64,000 bases of DNA from Candidatus Omnitrophota bacterium (GCA_043823745.1 JBDRAN010000016.1:1243-65242), one strand, 5' to 3'. Shown: positions 26,763-38,006, numbered from the stretch's first letter. Numbers and translations are program-made. The notes: generated by a model from the sequence alone, not told the origin.

Positions 26763-28013
26763 ATGATTAAAGTTAGTCAAGCGTTACAGATAATCCTGAA
26801 TTCCGTGAAGGCTATCGATTCTGAATGCGTGAGTCTCGTGGATGCGCAGGCTCGGGTGTTATCAGAAGATATTTATGCGGGTGAATGTATTCCGGGGTTT
26901 GATAATTCCGCGATGGATGGATATGCGATTGCGTCAGTTGATAGTAAAGGCGCGTCAAAAGATAGCCCAAAGATTTTAAAAGTGTGCGGTGCTCTTAAAG
27001 CGGGTGATATGCCCACCACCATAGTAAAGCCCAATCAAGCAATGAGGATTATGACTGGTGCGCAATTACCTCGAGGCGTCGATAGCGTAGTAATGGTTGA
27101 AGATACTAAAATAAAATTCCAAATCCAAAATTCCCAACCGCAGAAAAAAGAATATATAGAAATCTTTAAAGAGGTAAAGCCGGGAGAAAATATAAGAAAG
27201 GCAGGTGAAGATGTAAAGAACGGCGAATTAGTGATTTCGAGCGGTACGCTCCTTAAGCCCGCGCACATTGGATTATTAGCTTCGTTAGGCAAAGCAAAGG
27301 TAAAAGTCGCGAGAAGGCCTAAAGTTGCTATCGTGGCTACCGGCGATGAAGTAATGGATGTAAAAGGCAAATTAAAACCCGGAAAGATTAGGAGCTCCAA
27401 TACGTATACCCTATATGCTCAGATAATTAAGAGCGGCGGTATTCCCAAGAATTTAGGTATAGCCAAAGATAGGCTTCTCGAGTTAGAAAAAAAGATAAAA
27501 CGTGGCCTTGATTGTGATATTATTCTTACTTCAGGTGGGGTTTCAGTGGGAGACTATGATTTAGTAAAGGTTGTCTTAGCTAAGATAGGAACTAATATAA
27601 AATTTTGGAAGATAGCTATGCGGCCGGGAAAACCTTTAGTTTTTGGCACGCTTTTCGCCTCAGGCGGAAAGGGAATACTCGTATTTGGCTTACCGGGAAA
27701 TCCCGTTTCCAGTATGGTGAGTTTTGAGATATTTGTAAGGCCGGCAATCTTAAAAATGTTAGGCCAAAAATATAATGATAAAAAAAAGGAGGTGGAAGCG
27801 GTAGTAGAGGAGGATATACAGAAAAAGTCGGGCTTTAGATATTTTTTAAGAGCAAACACACGGTGGGAGCAAGGAAGGTATCGCACAAAGACTACCGGCC
27901 TCCAGGGATCAGGTATATTAAAATCAATGGCTTTGGCCGATAGTTTAATCATCCTTCCTGAAGATAAAGAGTTTGTTGAAAAAGGCGAAAAAGTTACAGT
28001 ACGGTTTTTATAG
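26763..28013 (+). CDS. moeA: molybdopterin molybdotransferase MoeA
   Basis: 416 aa. MoeA N-terminal region (…GFDNSAMDGYAI…) and the MoCF-binding GG(V/T)SVGDYD motif (TSGGVSVGDYDLV). Confidence 0.85.
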   Translation: MIKVSQALQIILNSVKAIDSECVSLVDAQARVLSEDIYAGECIPGFDNSAMDGYAIASVDSKGASKDSPKILKVCGALKAGDMPTTIVKPNQAMRIMTGAQLPRGVDSVVMVEDTKIKFQIQNSQPQKKEYIEIFKEVKPGENIRKAGEDVKNGELVISSGTLLKPAHIGLLASLGKAKVKVARRPKVAIVATGDEVMDVKGKLKPGKIRSSNTYTLYAQIIKSGGIPKNLGIAKDRLLELEKKIKRGLDCDIILTSGGVSVGDYDLVKVVLAKIGTNIKFWKIAMRPGKPLVFGTLFASGGKGILVFGLPGNPVSSMVSFEIFVRPAILKMLGQKYNDKKKEVEAVVEEDIQKKSGFRYFLRANTRWEQGRYRTKTTGLQGSGILKSMALADSLIILPEDKEFVEKGEKVTVRFL

Positions 28014-28054
28014 GGCGTCACAAAAGTTCCGCCCTTGATTATACCAGGAGGTGC

Positions 28055-28606
28055 ATGATGTTTAAATATTTTGACACTTCGACTTTGCTCTCCCCCGACA
28101 AGTTCGGGATTCGCCCTGAGCGAGTGAAACGAGTCGAAAGGCTCAATGTTAATGGTGAGTGGAATCGAACCATTAAATTTATGCTGGTTTTGAGTTTGGT
28201 TTTTGGTTTTACCTTGAGTTCAGTTTCTGCCAAAGAGCATGCACAGGAACATGCTGATGCAGTAACTTCTGCTACGCCTCAATTAAGGCCTGATGAGGTA
28301 GTGATTACAGGCAAGGTTATTTGTTTAGGCTGCCATTTAAAGAAGGAAAAACAGGCAAAGGCCCAATGTTCCATTTATGGACACACCAACGCTTTGAGCG
28401 TAGAAAAAATCATCGACGCCCAAGGCAAGAGCATTAATGAGTTAAAAGGCAAGATATATCAATTTCTGCATAACGAAAAGTCCGACGAATTAATTAAAGA
28501 TCATAGCTACACAGATAAGGTAATCATTGTGGTGGGTAAGGTTTATTTGGAAGCGAATATTGTAGAGGTTAACTTTTTCAAAGAAAAGGAGGGTGGAGAG
28601 AGATGA
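28055..28606 (+). CDS. hypothetical secreted protein
   Basis: Contains a signal-peptide-like stretch MLVLSLVFGFTLSSVSA, so the true start may be the internal Met near 28181. No family recognised. Confidence 0.35.
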   Translation: MMFKYFDTSTLLSPDKFGIRPERVKRVERLNVNGEWNRTIKFMLVLSLVFGFTLSSVSAKEHAQEHADAVTSATPQLRPDEVVITGKVICLGCHLKKEKQAKAQCSIYGHTNALSVEKIIDAQGKSINELKGKIYQFLHNEKSDELIKDHSYTDKVIIVVGKVYLEANIVEVNFFKEKEGGER

Positions 28607-29814
28607 GGAGGATATCTATTTTTATTATAGGTTTCGCGTTTATTTTTTCTTGTGCACCAAAAGGCTTTGCCGCTACCGATGAAGAGATCCAGGCCTTAAA
28701 AGTGCAGGTGGGGGAGTTAATGCAGCGTATTGATAAATTGGAAATTGAGCAAGTGCAATCTAAAGCCGAGGTGGTTAAGGCTAAGGAGCAGCCCAAGGCA
28801 CCGGAAAGCTTAGAAGGCAGAGTGGTTAAGTTAGAGGAGGATATAAAAAAGGTGCCTAAAATTGCCAATTTCCTTAAAGGCGATATGAAAATCGGCGGCT
28901 ATGTCCAGCCACGATATACGGCCGGCGTAGACAAAAAGATAAACGATGCTTTCTCTATTTCAAACACTAAATTAGCCGTATCGGGCCACGTGGTTCCCGA
29001 AGTTGCCTACAAGTTAGAAATCGGGCCGCACCAAAGCCCCGGTACTAGCATACTCTATGACGCTTTTTTGAAGCTCGAATACTTTCCTAAAGTAAAAATT
29101 ACTATGGGCCAGTTCAAGGCGCCGTTTAGCGAAGAATTTATCACATCGAGTTCTGACATTAAAACAGCTGCCCGCGCGCTGTTTCAGGGAACCTTATCTC
29201 ATGAGTACGCTACGGGCGCCATGATCGATGGCGATATACTCGATACCTTATATTACGCTATTGCTGTTACAAACGGCACCGATAGAAGCATTGCCGAAAA
29301 TAACGAAGCGAAGGATAGCTATGGAAGGTTAGTATATTCGCCCTTTAAGAAGTCAGAAAACGCATTGCTTAAAGGCTTACGACTCGGTACCGCTGTCCAG
29401 TATGGCAGGCAACCTCGCAGCGGAAACAATGAAGGAGACAGGCTAAGGAATTTAGGCATGCTGAAACATACTTACAAGGGTTGGACATTTCAATCCGAGT
29501 ATGCGCATCAATCTCAGGAGCAGATACCCGGTGCAGCTGAATCAAGCATTAATGGCAAAGGGTGGTATTCGCTGCTTGCGTACAAATTTCCGTTGAAAGT
29601 CTTTAAGTATGATACTGAGCTTGAACCCGTAGTGAAGGTTGAACAATACAATCCCGATACGTCCTTAGACAAGAATCGGCGAGATATGTATACGGCGGGT
29701 TTGACGTGGTATCTGAATAAATATGTGTATGTTATGGCTAATTATCAGTTTAGGGACGAACAGAATGAGAATTCCGATAATAGATTTATTTTGCAGAGCC
29801 AGGTAAAGTTTTAA
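28603..29814 (+). CDS. outer-membrane porin (phosphate-selective porin O/P-like) with N-terminal coiled coil
   Basis: Signal peptide [23 protein letters not shown]. Coiled-coil segment. Alternating beta-strand pattern. C-terminal …QSQVKF with terminal Phe. Confidence 0.6.
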   Translation: MRRISIFIIGFAFIFSCAPKGFAATDEEIQALKVQVGELMQRIDKLEIEQVQSKAEVVKAKEQPKAPESLEGRVVKLEEDIKKVPKIANFLKGDMKIGGYVQPRYTAGVDKKINDAFSISNTKLAVSGHVVPEVAYKLEIGPHQSPGTSILYDAFLKLEYFPKVKITMGQFKAPFSEEFITSSSDIKTAARALFQGTLSHEYATGAMIDGDILDTLYYAIAVTNGTDRSIAENNEAKDSYGRLVYSPFKKSENALLKGLRLGTAVQYGRQPRSGNNEGDRLRNLGMLKHTYKGWTFQSEYAHQSQEQIPGAAESSINGKGWYSLLAYKFPLKVFKYDTELEPVVKVEQYNPDTSLDKNRRDMYTAGLTWYLNKYVYVMANYQFRDEQNENSDNRFILQSQVKF

Positions 29815-29852
29815 AGACAACAAACAGGAGTAATCCTGGGGGAAGGAGGTGG

Positions 29853-30752
29853 ATGGTGAAGAAAGATCATAAGGAAGAGACTGTTTCTTTCGCGCAAAGT
29901 AAGTTAAGCCGTAAAGGTTTTTTGAAGTTAGGGTCTTTGGTGGGAGTGGCGCTGGTCGCCTCGGGGATACCGAAAGAAGTACTCGCTGCGGGAGAGCATG
30001 AGCAAGAAACGTTTAAAGCTAAGTGGAAAGAAGGTGATGACGTCCTTTTGCGCATGCAGGATGATTTATCTCGTGCTTTACGTAAGCCCAGAGAACAGCG
30101 CGCATGGACAATGGTCATAGACGTGCGCAAATGCGTGGGTTGTTTTGCGTGTACTATTGCTTGCAAGGCTGAGAATGTTTCTCCTCCGGGAGTAGTTTAC
30201 CGCCGCGTGCTTGACCTGGAAACCGGCAAATACCCCGCTCCAAAACGGGATTTTGTGCCGGTACTCTGCAACCACTGTGAAACCCCACCCTGTGTTGCTG
30301 CGTGTCCGGTAAAAGCAACCACCAAGCGTGAAGATGGCATTGTGGATATGGACTATAAAAAGTGTATCGGTTGTCGCGCTTGTCTAAATGCTTGTCCATA
30401 TGGCTCCCGCCAGTCTGACTTTGGCCAGTTTTACACCAAAGATACTCCTGCAATACAGGCTTATGAGCTGCGTCCCGCCTTTGAATACAAGAAAGAATGG
30501 CCGAGGATTAAAGGTCAATCGCCTATCGGCAATGCCCGTAAATGCCATTTCTGCATACATAGGATAGAAAGGGGAGAATTGCCTGCATGCGTGGTTACCT
30601 GTCTGGGAAAGGCTACGTATTTCGGTGACAAAGAAGACAAAGACAGTTTAGTCGTAAGTATCATTAGTCAAAATAAAACCAAAAGACTTAAAGAAAATCT
30701 GGGTACTAAACCCCGAGTTTATTATATCGGCCTTGAGGAGGTGCAATTATGA
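29853..30752 (+). CDS. ttrB: molybdopterin oxidoreductase 4Fe-4S subunit (TtrB/PsrB/NrfC-like), Tat signal with R-K variant
   Basis: Four ferredoxin-type clusters ([57 protein letters not shown]). N-terminal [20 protein letters not shown]. Confidence 0.75.
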   Translation: MVKKDHKEETVSFAQSKLSRKGFLKLGSLVGVALVASGIPKEVLAAGEHEQETFKAKWKEGDDVLLRMQDDLSRALRKPREQRAWTMVIDVRKCVGCFACTIACKAENVSPPGVVYRRVLDLETGKYPAPKRDFVPVLCNHCETPPCVAACPVKATTKREDGIVDMDYKKCIGCRACLNACPYGSRQSDFGQFYTKDTPAIQAYELRPAFEYKKEWPRIKGQSPIGNARKCHFCIHRIERGELPACVVTCLGKATYFGDKEDKDSLVVSIISQNKTKRLKENLGTKPRVYYIGLEEVQL

Positions 30753-31717
30753 CACAAATTAGTTTCGCACCCTTTTGTAATTTTAACAGTGCAGTGCCAT
30801 GGGGCTTATGGGTAACAATGTATGTTTGGTTAGTCGGCATCTCTGTCGGAAGCTTTGTTCTCGTGATGTGGGGAAACATTAAAGGAAGCGAGAACCTCAA
30901 AGCCTTGACTAAGCCGGCAACACTACTCTCTATCTCCGCACTTTTAGCCGGGCTTTTAAGCATCCAGATTGATTTAGGGCATATTGAGAGGTTCCCTAAA
31001 TTATTTTTATCCCCTAACTTCAATTCAGTCATGGCTTGGATGGCTTGGCTCTATACCGGCTATGTGGCGGTGCTTTTGGTTTCTTTGCGTTGGCAAAAAA
31101 AAGAAATGCCTAAATTATTTTGTGGCTTTTCCGTAATTTTTGCCATGGTTGCGCTTATTGCGGAAAGCCTTCTTTTTGCGCTGCCGCCCGGGAAAATCTG
31201 GCATTCATTGTTTTTTCCTCTCCATTTCATTACTTCATCTTTTGTCTCAGGTATCGCCGCGTTGATAATTCTTACGGCAATCTTAAAAGTTAGGCAGGCT
31301 CGAGATCAGCTGCTTAAATCCTTGGGGAAAATAGCCCTGCCCTTTGTTATTCTCAATACCTTTGTTGAAATTATTGAGTTAGCAACCCATAAAAGCTTAT
31401 TTCATCCGGCAGGTTTGATTTTACTTTTGGCAAACATCATCATTATAGCGCTTTTACTAAAGTGCAAAACCGGTGGAATTATTAAAGTCGGGTACCTTGG
31501 TTTAATCCAGGTATTATTCTCCAAGTATCACTCCATAATATCTGCCCAGGTCATAGAGCCGTATAAAGGTTTTGCTTTGGCCTATATCGAACCAAGGCTT
31601 AATTACAGTTATGCGCCTTCACTTTTTGAAATTTTTGTAACTGTAGGCTTATTGGTTATGGTGTTGGTAGTTTTTTATTTCCTTTATAAAATCTTTCCTT
31701 TGACTAAGGAGGCATAA
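30749..31717 (+). CDS. ttrC: NrfD/PsrC/TtrC-family integral membrane quinol-interacting subunit
   Basis: 322-aa polytopic membrane protein (about 8 TM) directly between the Fe-S and catalytic subunits. Start overlaps the ttrB stop. Confidence 0.65.
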   Translation: MTQISFAPFCNFNSAVPWGLWVTMYVWLVGISVGSFVLVMWGNIKGSENLKALTKPATLLSISALLAGLLSIQIDLGHIERFPKLFLSPNFNSVMAWMAWLYTGYVAVLLVSLRWQKKEMPKLFCGFSVIFAMVALIAESLLFALPPGKIWHSLFFPLHFITSSFVSGIAALIILTAILKVRQARDQLLKSLGKIALPFVILNTFVEIIELATHKSLFHPAGLILLLANIIIIALLLKCKTGGIIKVGYLGLIQVLFSKYHSIISAQVIEPYKGFALAYIEPRLNYSYAPSLFEIFVTVGLLVMVLVVFYFLYKIFPLTKEA

Positions 31718-31720
31718 GAG

Positions 31721-34700
31721 ATGAATATCATCCGTAAAATCTCCAAGCAAAAAATATCTCGCAAAGGGTTTTTGAAGACGTCAGCATTTTTAGGGGGTTC
31801 TTTAATTTTATCTCAGCATCTGGAAAAGGCATATGCCGCTATCGCCAAATCAAGCCGGCAGGTTCTTACGCGCGAAGAAGAATATGAACTGGCAAGGCCG
31901 GAGAATATTCTTTACAGCGTCTGCTTGCAGTGTAACACCGGCTGCGGCATCAAGGCCAGGCTGTTGAATGGCCTTTTGGTAAAAATAGAAGGAAACCCTT
32001 TAAACCCCTGGACGCTGACGCCTCATCTGCCGTATAAAACTTCTGTTTTTGATATCACCAAGACAGACGGCACGCTTTGCCCCAAGGGCCACGCAGGTAT
32101 CCAGACTCTGTATGACCCCTATCGGATTGTTAAGGTCTTAAAACGCTCCGGGCCCCGCGGCTCAAACAAATGGAAGACCATTTCTTTTGAACAGGCGATC
32201 ACCGAGGTTGTGGAGGGCGGAAAATTGTTCTCGGATATCGGAGAGGACAGGCATGTTGAAGGTTTTAAAGATGTCTGGGCTTTACGCGATGCCAAGCTTG
32301 CCAAGGCAATGGCGAAAAAAGTAAAAGATATCCAGAATGAAAAAGACAAGGAAAAAAAGAAAGCCCTGATAGAAGAATTTAAAAGCGAATTTAAAGATAG
32401 CCTACACACGCTGATAGATCCAGAGCATCCCGACTTTGGCCCTAAAAACAACCAGTTTACCTTTATGTGGGGGAGAGTGAAAGGAGGCCGTTCTGATTTG
32501 ATTTCTCGTTTTACCAAGGATGCCATTGGTTCGGTAAATGCCCATGGCCACACTACTGTTTGCCAGGGCTCGCTTTATTTTACCGGCAAGGCAATGAGTT
32601 ATCAGTGGGACTATGATGCAAAAGATGAGAAGATGAAATGGACCAAAGAAAAGAAATTTTACTGGCAGTGCGATACGGCAAATTCCGAGTTTATCATCTT
32701 TGTGGGCGCTTCGCCTATGGAAGCAAATTACGGACCCCCGCTGCGCGTCGGTAAGCTTACCGAGAATCTCACGTCCGGTAAAGTTAAATTTGCGGTGATC
32801 GATCCGCGGTTTTCTAAGACTGCCGCTAAGGCCTGGAAATGGATCCCGGCGCTGCCCGGCTCAGAGGGCGCTTTTGCCTTGGGAATGATACGCTGGATTA
32901 TAGAAAACAAACGATACGATAGCAAGTTTCTTTTTAATGCCAATAAGGCTGCCGCGAGCAAAGACAAAGAGCCAACTTGGTGCAACGCAGGTTGGTTGGT
33001 AAAAATGGAAGAAGGTTCACCGGGCGCATTTTTGCGCGGTTCGGATATCGGGATAGCTAAGGAAACGCGTACGTTTGTTGACAAAAAAACCGGAGAAGAA
33101 AAACCGTATGAATTTGATGCTTTTGTGGTTTTTAATGAAAACGCACCCGTAACGTTTGATCCGAACGATGAAAAAAATGCCGTGGAAGGCGATTTATTCG
33201 TAGACACCGAGATTAACGGAATTAAGGCAAAAAGCGTTTTGCAGCTTCTTCGAGAGCAGGCAAATACCCGTTCTATCGAAGAATGGGCCCAGATCTGCGG
33301 CGTAGCGGCGAAGGATATCGAGGAGCTGGCTGCAGAGTTTACCAGCCACGGTAAAAAAGCCGCGGCGGACATTCACCGCGGAGTATCCCAGCATACCAAC
33401 GGTTTCTATAATGTGTATGCCTGGTATTCGTTGAATTTACTCATCGGCAATTTTGATTGGAAGGGCGGCATGGTTCAGCTTACTACGTATAATCACATGG
33501 GAGAAAAAGAAGGCCAGCCGTATAGCCTTAAAGACATGCATCCGGGAAAGGTGTCCGGTTTCGGGGTAGATATTATCAGGCATGGGGAATATGAGAAATC
33601 CACGATCTTCAACGGTTATCCTGCAAAGCGGCCGTGGTATGCGATTGCTTCCGATATCTACGAGGAGATCATCCCTTCCATAGGCGATGCTTACCCATAT
33701 CCGATAAAAATATTAATGTCGTATATGGCGGCACCCACATACTCGCTGCCCGCAGGCCAAACCAATATTGAGATATTGGTTGATACCAGCAAGGTTCCTT
33801 TGTATATTGCCAACGACATTACCGTCGGTGTAACTTCAATGTATGCGGACTATATTTTTCCCGACCTTTCTTATCTGGAGCGTTGGGAATTTCAAGGGTC
33901 GCACCCCTCGATGCCGGGTAAGGTTCAGCCCATACGGCAACCCGTGGTTGCGCCGCTTACCGATACGGTAAAAGTATTCGGCGAAGACGCGCCCTTGTCT
34001 CTTGAAACCCTACTGTTGGGGTTAGCTGAAAAACTTGGGCTTCCCGGTTTCGGTACGGATGGGTTTGGTAAGGGTAAAGACTTTAAAAAAGAGGAGGATT
34101 TTTATCTTAAGATGGCCGCTAATGTCGCTTTTGGCGAGAAGGCCGACGCCAGCGATAGCGTACCGGATACTGACGATAAAGAAAAGGAACTCTTTGCGAG
34201 TTCGCGCCGGCATTTGCCGGACTCGGTTTTTAACATGTCCCGCTGGAAAAATGCCAGCGGTAGTTATTTTGACAAGGTAATCTATGTTTTAAACCGCGGA
34301 GGAAGATTCCAGGATTACGAGAAGTTTTACGACGGGGATCAGCTTAAGAATAAGTATGGCAAATTGGTCAATTTGTACTGCGAAAAAATAGCAAAATCGA
34401 AGAATGCGATGACCGGAAAATATTTTTTAGGCCTGGCAGGTTATTTTCCGATAAGTGACTGTTTAGGAAAGTCTCTCGAGGACGAGAAGCAGGGGTATGA
34501 CATGCATTTGATTACCTATCGGGAAATCAGCCAGTGTAAAACTAGGACCATAACTAATTATTGGCTGGCGGGGCTCCTGCCGGAAAATTTTATTCTCATT
34601 AACGCTTCAGATGCCCGGAAAAAAGGGTTGACGAATGCAAGCCGCGTTAAAGTCGTATCTGTTTCTAACCTCGAAGGAGTCTGGGATTTGAAAAACGGCC

Positions 34701-34972
34701 GGCGGTTGCCAATGATTGGGAAGATAAAGGTTACCGAAGGCATGCGGCCGGGTGTTATCGCTTTTTCTTTAGGCCATGGCAACTGGGCGACCGGTTCAAG
34801 CGATCTTACGGTGGATAACCAGCTCGTCAGGGGAGATAAGCGCCGCGGCAGTGGTGTTCATTGTAATGCCGCGATGCGCATTGACCCGTATCTTAAAAAC
34901 ACCTGCCTGTTGGATTTAGTGGGAGGGAGCGTTTCTTTCTATGATTCTAAAGTTAAATTAGTCAAAGTGTAG
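31721..34972 (+). CDS. ttrA: molybdopterin (bis-MGD) oxidoreductase catalytic subunit, tetrathionate-reductase-like (TtrA-type; substrate not determinable)
   Basis: 1083 aa. Tat-type N-terminus ISRKGFLKTSAFLGG. N-terminal 4Fe-4S motif CLQCNTGCGIKARL…C. Size and B-C-A gene order match the ttrBCA operon rather than psr/phs (A-B-C). Confidence 0.65.
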   Translation: MNIIRKISKQKISRKGFLKTSAFLGGSLILSQHLEKAYAAIAKSSRQVLTREEEYELARPENILYSVCLQCNTGCGIKARLLNGLLVKIEGNPLNPWTLTPHLPYKTSVFDITKTDGTLCPKGHAGIQTLYDPYRIVKVLKRSGPRGSNKWKTISFEQAITEVVEGGKLFSDIGEDRHVEGFKDVWALRDAKLAKAMAKKVKDIQNEKDKEKKKALIEEFKSEFKDSLHTLIDPEHPDFGPKNNQFTFMWGRVKGGRSDLISRFTKDAIGSVNAHGHTTVCQGSLYFTGKAMSYQWDYDAKDEKMKWTKEKKFYWQCDTANSEFIIFVGASPMEANYGPPLRVGKLTENLTSGKVKFAVIDPRFSKTAAKAWKWIPALPGSEGAFALGMIRWIIENKRYDSKFLFNANKAAASKDKEPTWCNAGWLVKMEEGSPGAFLRGSDIGIAKETRTFVDKKTGEEKPYEFDAFVVFNENAPVTFDPNDEKNAVEGDLFVDTEINGIKAKSVLQLLREQANTRSIEEWAQICGVAAKDIEELAAEFTSHGKKAAADIHRGVSQHTNGFYNVYAWYSLNLLIGNFDWKGGMVQLTTYNHMGEKEGQPYSLKDMHPGKVSGFGVDIIRHGEYEKSTIFNGYPAKRPWYAIASDIYEEIIPSIGDAYPYPIKILMSYMAAPTYSLPAGQTNIEILVDTSKVPLYIANDITVGVTSMYADYIFPDLSYLERWEFQGSHPSMPGKVQPIRQPVVAPLTDTVKVFGEDAPLSLETLLLGLAEKLGLPGFGTDGFGKGKDFKKEEDFYLKMAANVAFGEKADASDSVPDTDDKEKELFASSRRHLPDSVFNMSRWKNASGSYFDKVIYVLNRGGRFQDYEKFYDGDQLKNKYGKLVNLYCEKIAKSKNAMTGKYFLGLAGYFPISDCLGKSLEDEKQGYDMHLITYREISQCKTRTITNYWLAGLLPENFILINASDARKKGLTNASRVKVVSVSNLEGVWDLKNGRRLPMIGKIKVTEGMRPGVIAFSLGHGNWATGSSDLTVDNQLVRGDKRRGSGVHCNAAMRIDPYLKNTCLLDLVGGSVSFYDSKVKLVKV

Positions 34973-34982
34973 GGGGTGCGAT

Positions 34983-35369
34983 ATGCCAAAAATTTTGATT
35001 ATCGATGACGACCCCGATATTACCGAGGCGATGCGGGTCGTTTTAGAAAACAAGCAATATCAGGTCGTCGTGGCCGGAAGTGGCGACGAAGGATTGCGCC
35101 GGGTACGAATCGAGAAGCCCGATTTGATTATTTTGGATGTGATGATGGAAACCGGCGACAAAGGGTTTGAGGTAGCGCGAGCGCTTAAGCAGGACAAAGA
35201 TTGTTGTGGTACCCCCATACTGATGCTAACCGCCATCAGGGAAAAAACCGGCTTAGGTTTTGAAAAGGAAGCAGGGGATCCGGATTGGCTTCCGGTAGAT
35301 GACTATTGCGATAAGCCGCTGAAGCCCGATGAGTTGGTGGCGAAAGTAGAAACGTTGTTACGAAAATGA
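34983..35369 (+). CDS. single-domain response regulator (receiver only)
   Basis: ILIIDDDPDITEAM…DLIILDVMM…TPILMLTA; 128 aa with no output domain. Confidence 0.75.
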   Translation: MPKILIIDDDPDITEAMRVVLENKQYQVVVAGSGDEGLRRVRIEKPDLIILDVMMETGDKGFEVARALKQDKDCCGTPILMLTAIREKTGLGFEKEAGDPDWLPVDDYCDKPLKPDELVAKVETLLRK

Positions 35370-35521
35370 GCTATCGGGATCTCTTCACAGACGGCTTTAT
35401 GCCGTAGATATATATACATACTATAATTTACTCCTTGCGTGGACAAGGTGAAATTTTCTAGCGATGATTTCACCGTAAGCTTCGGAGTTAAATTAGCTTC
35501 GTAAATTTAAGGAGGTGCGTG

Positions 35522-35698
35522 ATGCGAATCTTCGGAATAGGGATACAGGAGCTCCTGATAATTTTTCTTATTTGCCTGTTAGTCTTTGGAGCGCGTAAGC
35601 TTCCTGAGATCGGCAAGGCTTTAGGTAGAACCATAAAAGAATTTAAGAAATCCATGAAAGAAATAGGCGCTGAAGGCGAAGACGAAAAGAAAAAATAA
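35522..35698 (+). CDS. tatA: twin-arginine translocase subunit TatA/E (not in supplied ORF track; 58 aa)
   Basis: Manual translation [58 protein letters not shown]. Has the TatA TM helix plus the hinge FGxxKLPExGKxLGxxIKEFK. RBS aggagg 8 nt upstream. Confidence 0.8.
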   Translation: MRIFGIGIQELLIIFLICLLVFGARKLPEIGKALGRTIKEFKKSMKEIGAEGEDEKKK

Positions 35699-35747
35699 CG
35701 GGTATATCCTTTAATCTCCTCGATTACCGAGCTCAATTGTCTTATCA

Positions 35748-36467
35748 ATGCACATAGATTACAAGTTGACCTTAGTCGAACATCTTGATGAACTAAGGAA
35801 AAGGGTTATCCTTTGCCTGGTTACGCTTGGGCTATGTATGGCATTGAGTTTGCCATTTGCTTCTTCTGTTCTTAAAATTTTAAAACTGCCGGCTTCCGGC
35901 CTCATAGGAAAATTAGCCTTCTTTGGCCCGCAGGAAGCATTCACAATCTATATGAACATCGGTTTTTTTTGCGGCCTGGTCATTTCAATGCCCCTGCTCT
36001 TATACCAGCTTTGGGCATTTGTCGTTCCGGCTCTTGAGGATAGATTTAAAAAGCGTATTGGCCTTTTTATTGTGTTTTGCTTCATTTCGTTTATTGCAGG
36101 ATGCCTTTTCGCTTTTTTTTTGCTCATACCTCCCGCATTAGAATTTTTATTGAACTTCGGTAAGGATGATCTGGAGCCGATAATCTCTGCGCAAACGTAT
36201 ATCTCTTTTGTCATCACGCTTACCGTGGCCTGCGGTTTTATCTTTCAGATGCCCGTCGTAAGCTTAATCTTGACAAAAATCGGAATATTGCATCATCGCA
36301 TCTTAAGAGATAAATACAAATATGCCGTAGCGATTATTTTCGTGATAGCGGCAATAATTACTCCGACTACGGACGCTTTTAATATGCTTATGTTGTCCGT
36401 TCCGATGATTTGCCTCTATGAATTGAGTATCTGGGTTTCATTTTTCGCGAGGTATAAGTCACCATGA
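35748..36467 (+). CDS. tatC: twin-arginine translocase subunit TatC
   Basis: MHIDYKLTLVEHLDELRKRVI… typical TatC N-terminus. 6-TM profile. 239 aa. Confidence 0.85.
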   Translation: MHIDYKLTLVEHLDELRKRVILCLVTLGLCMALSLPFASSVLKILKLPASGLIGKLAFFGPQEAFTIYMNIGFFCGLVISMPLLLYQLWAFVVPALEDRFKKRIGLFIVFCFISFIAGCLFAFFLLIPPALEFLLNFGKDDLEPIISAQTYISFVITLTVACGFIFQMPVVSLILTKIGILHHRILRDKYKYAVAIIFVIAAIITPTTDAFNMLMLSVPMICLYELSIWVSFFARYKSP

Positions 36468-37042
36468 CTGCGATAATCCTTGCGGGCGGGAAAGCTACCC
36501 GCATGAAAGGCCGGGATAAGGCATTCCTGAAAATTAACAATGAGCCGTTCATAGAGCGACAGATAAGGCTGCTTAAGAAAATTTTTAAAAAAATTATCAT
36601 TGTCACTAATTCTAGCGAACGGTACCGCGTCGTACGCGGAGTAACCATCGTGTGCGACATAATTCCACATCTGGGTCCTTTGGGCGGGATATACTCCGGC
36701 CTTACGGCATCAAGTTCTTTTTGTAACTTTGTGGTTGCCTGCGACATGCCGTTTCTCGATACGGGTTTCATTGAACATATGCATAGAGAGTATTATGGTT
36801 ACGACGCGGTTGTTCCCAGGATTAACGGCAAATACGAACCGCTGTTTGCTTTCTATTCTAAACGGTGCCGTATAGTTATTAGGCAATTGCTTGATGAAAA
36901 AATATTTAAAATGAGCGAACTGTGCTCGAGAATAAGGGTGCGGGAAATTACTGAGGAAGAAATCCGGCACTGTGCGGTTGGCGAAAAAATGTTTACGAAT
37001 ATCAATACCGAAAAAGATTTTGCATATGTGTATGCTGGCTGA
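36464..37042 (+). CDS. mobA: molybdenum cofactor guanylyltransferase MobA
   Basis: N-terminal AIILAGGKATRMKGRDKAFL nucleotidyltransferase motif. 192 aa. Confidence 0.8.
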   Translation: MTAIILAGGKATRMKGRDKAFLKINNEPFIERQIRLLKKIFKKIIIVTNSSERYRVVRGVTIVCDIIPHLGPLGGIYSGLTASSSFCNFVVACDMPFLDTGFIEHMHREYYGYDAVVPRINGKYEPLFAFYSKRCRIVIRQLLDEKIFKMSELCSRIRVREITEEEIRHCAVGEKMFTNINTEKDFAYVYAG

Positions 37043-38006
37043 CCACTATAACCGCGTTATCGATTACCTGCGGATATCCATCACGGACCGGTGCAACCTG
37101 CGGTGCATCTATTGCATGCCGGAAGGCGGCGTCGTTCGCAAGGTAGTGTCGGAAATACTTAGCTTTGAAGAAATAATACGAGTCGTAAAGGTTTGCAGTA
37201 CCATAGGCATTCGTAAGATAAAAATAAGCGGAGGCGAGCCTTTGATGCGTAAAGGCTGTTGCAAGCTTTTGGAGTCGCTTATACGCCTTCCTAAGATACA
37301 AGAGGTGTCTCTTACCACAAACGGATTGTTAGTGAGGCAGCATAGTAAAGATTTGAAAGAAGCCGGCCTCAGGAGGATGAACATAAGTATCGATACCTTG
37401 GACGCGCGAAAGTTCAGGCGTATCGCAGGGCAGGGCGAATTAGCGGATGTTTTAGACGGTATAGATGCCGCGATCGAAGATGGTTTTTTTGTTAAATTGA
37501 ACGTCGTGATGATGAAGGGAGTAAACGACAATGAAATAATGGAGTTTATGCATTTTGCAGGCGAGCGGAAGCTGATTGTCAGATTTATCGAATTAATGCC
37601 TATGGTCGAGAGCAGGCTTTTGAATAAAGATTTTTATTTGTCCTGCGATGCGGTTAAGAAGAGGCTCGAATCGCTGGGCAGCTTAAAGCCTATTCGCGTC
37701 AAATCTTTCGGGAATGGCCCGGCGCACTATTTTGAGATAGAAAATCATCCGTGTCCCGTGGGTTTCATTAGTTCGATAAGTTGCAAATTCTGCTCAAGCT
37801 GTAACCGGATACGGCTTACCTCTACCGGGATGCTCATGCCGTGTTTGGCCGGCAGCGATGGGTTTGATTTAAGAGTTCCTTTGCGCCGCAATAAGGAGGA
37901 AGAAATCATGGCTGTGGTACGCACAACGATTCTTGGCAAACCTCCTGCGCATGACTTTGCCTTTTCTTCTCCCCGGCAATACCTGATGTCTCAAATCGGA
38001 GGTTGA
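37032..38006 (+). CDS. moaA: GTP 3',8-cyclase MoaA (radical SAM)
   Basis: YLRISITDRCNLRCIYCMPEGG radical-SAM CxxxCxxC motif. C-terminal second cluster cysteines (CKFCSSCNRIRLTSTG). The start at 37032 (MLADHYNRV) is preferred over the track start 36972. Confidence 0.85.
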   Translation: MLADHYNRVIDYLRISITDRCNLRCIYCMPEGGVVRKVVSEILSFEEIIRVVKVCSTIGIRKIKISGGEPLMRKGCCKLLESLIRLPKIQEVSLTTNGLLVRQHSKDLKEAGLRRMNISIDTLDARKFRRIAGQGELADVLDGIDAAIEDGFFVKLNVVMMKGVNDNEIMEFMHFAGERKLIVRFIELMPMVESRLLNKDFYLSCDAVKKRLESLGSLKPIRVKSFGNGPAHYFEIENHPCPVGFISSISCKFCSSCNRIRLTSTGMLMPCLAGSDGFDLRVPLRRNKEEEIMAVVRTTILGKPPAHDFAFSSPRQYLMSQIGG

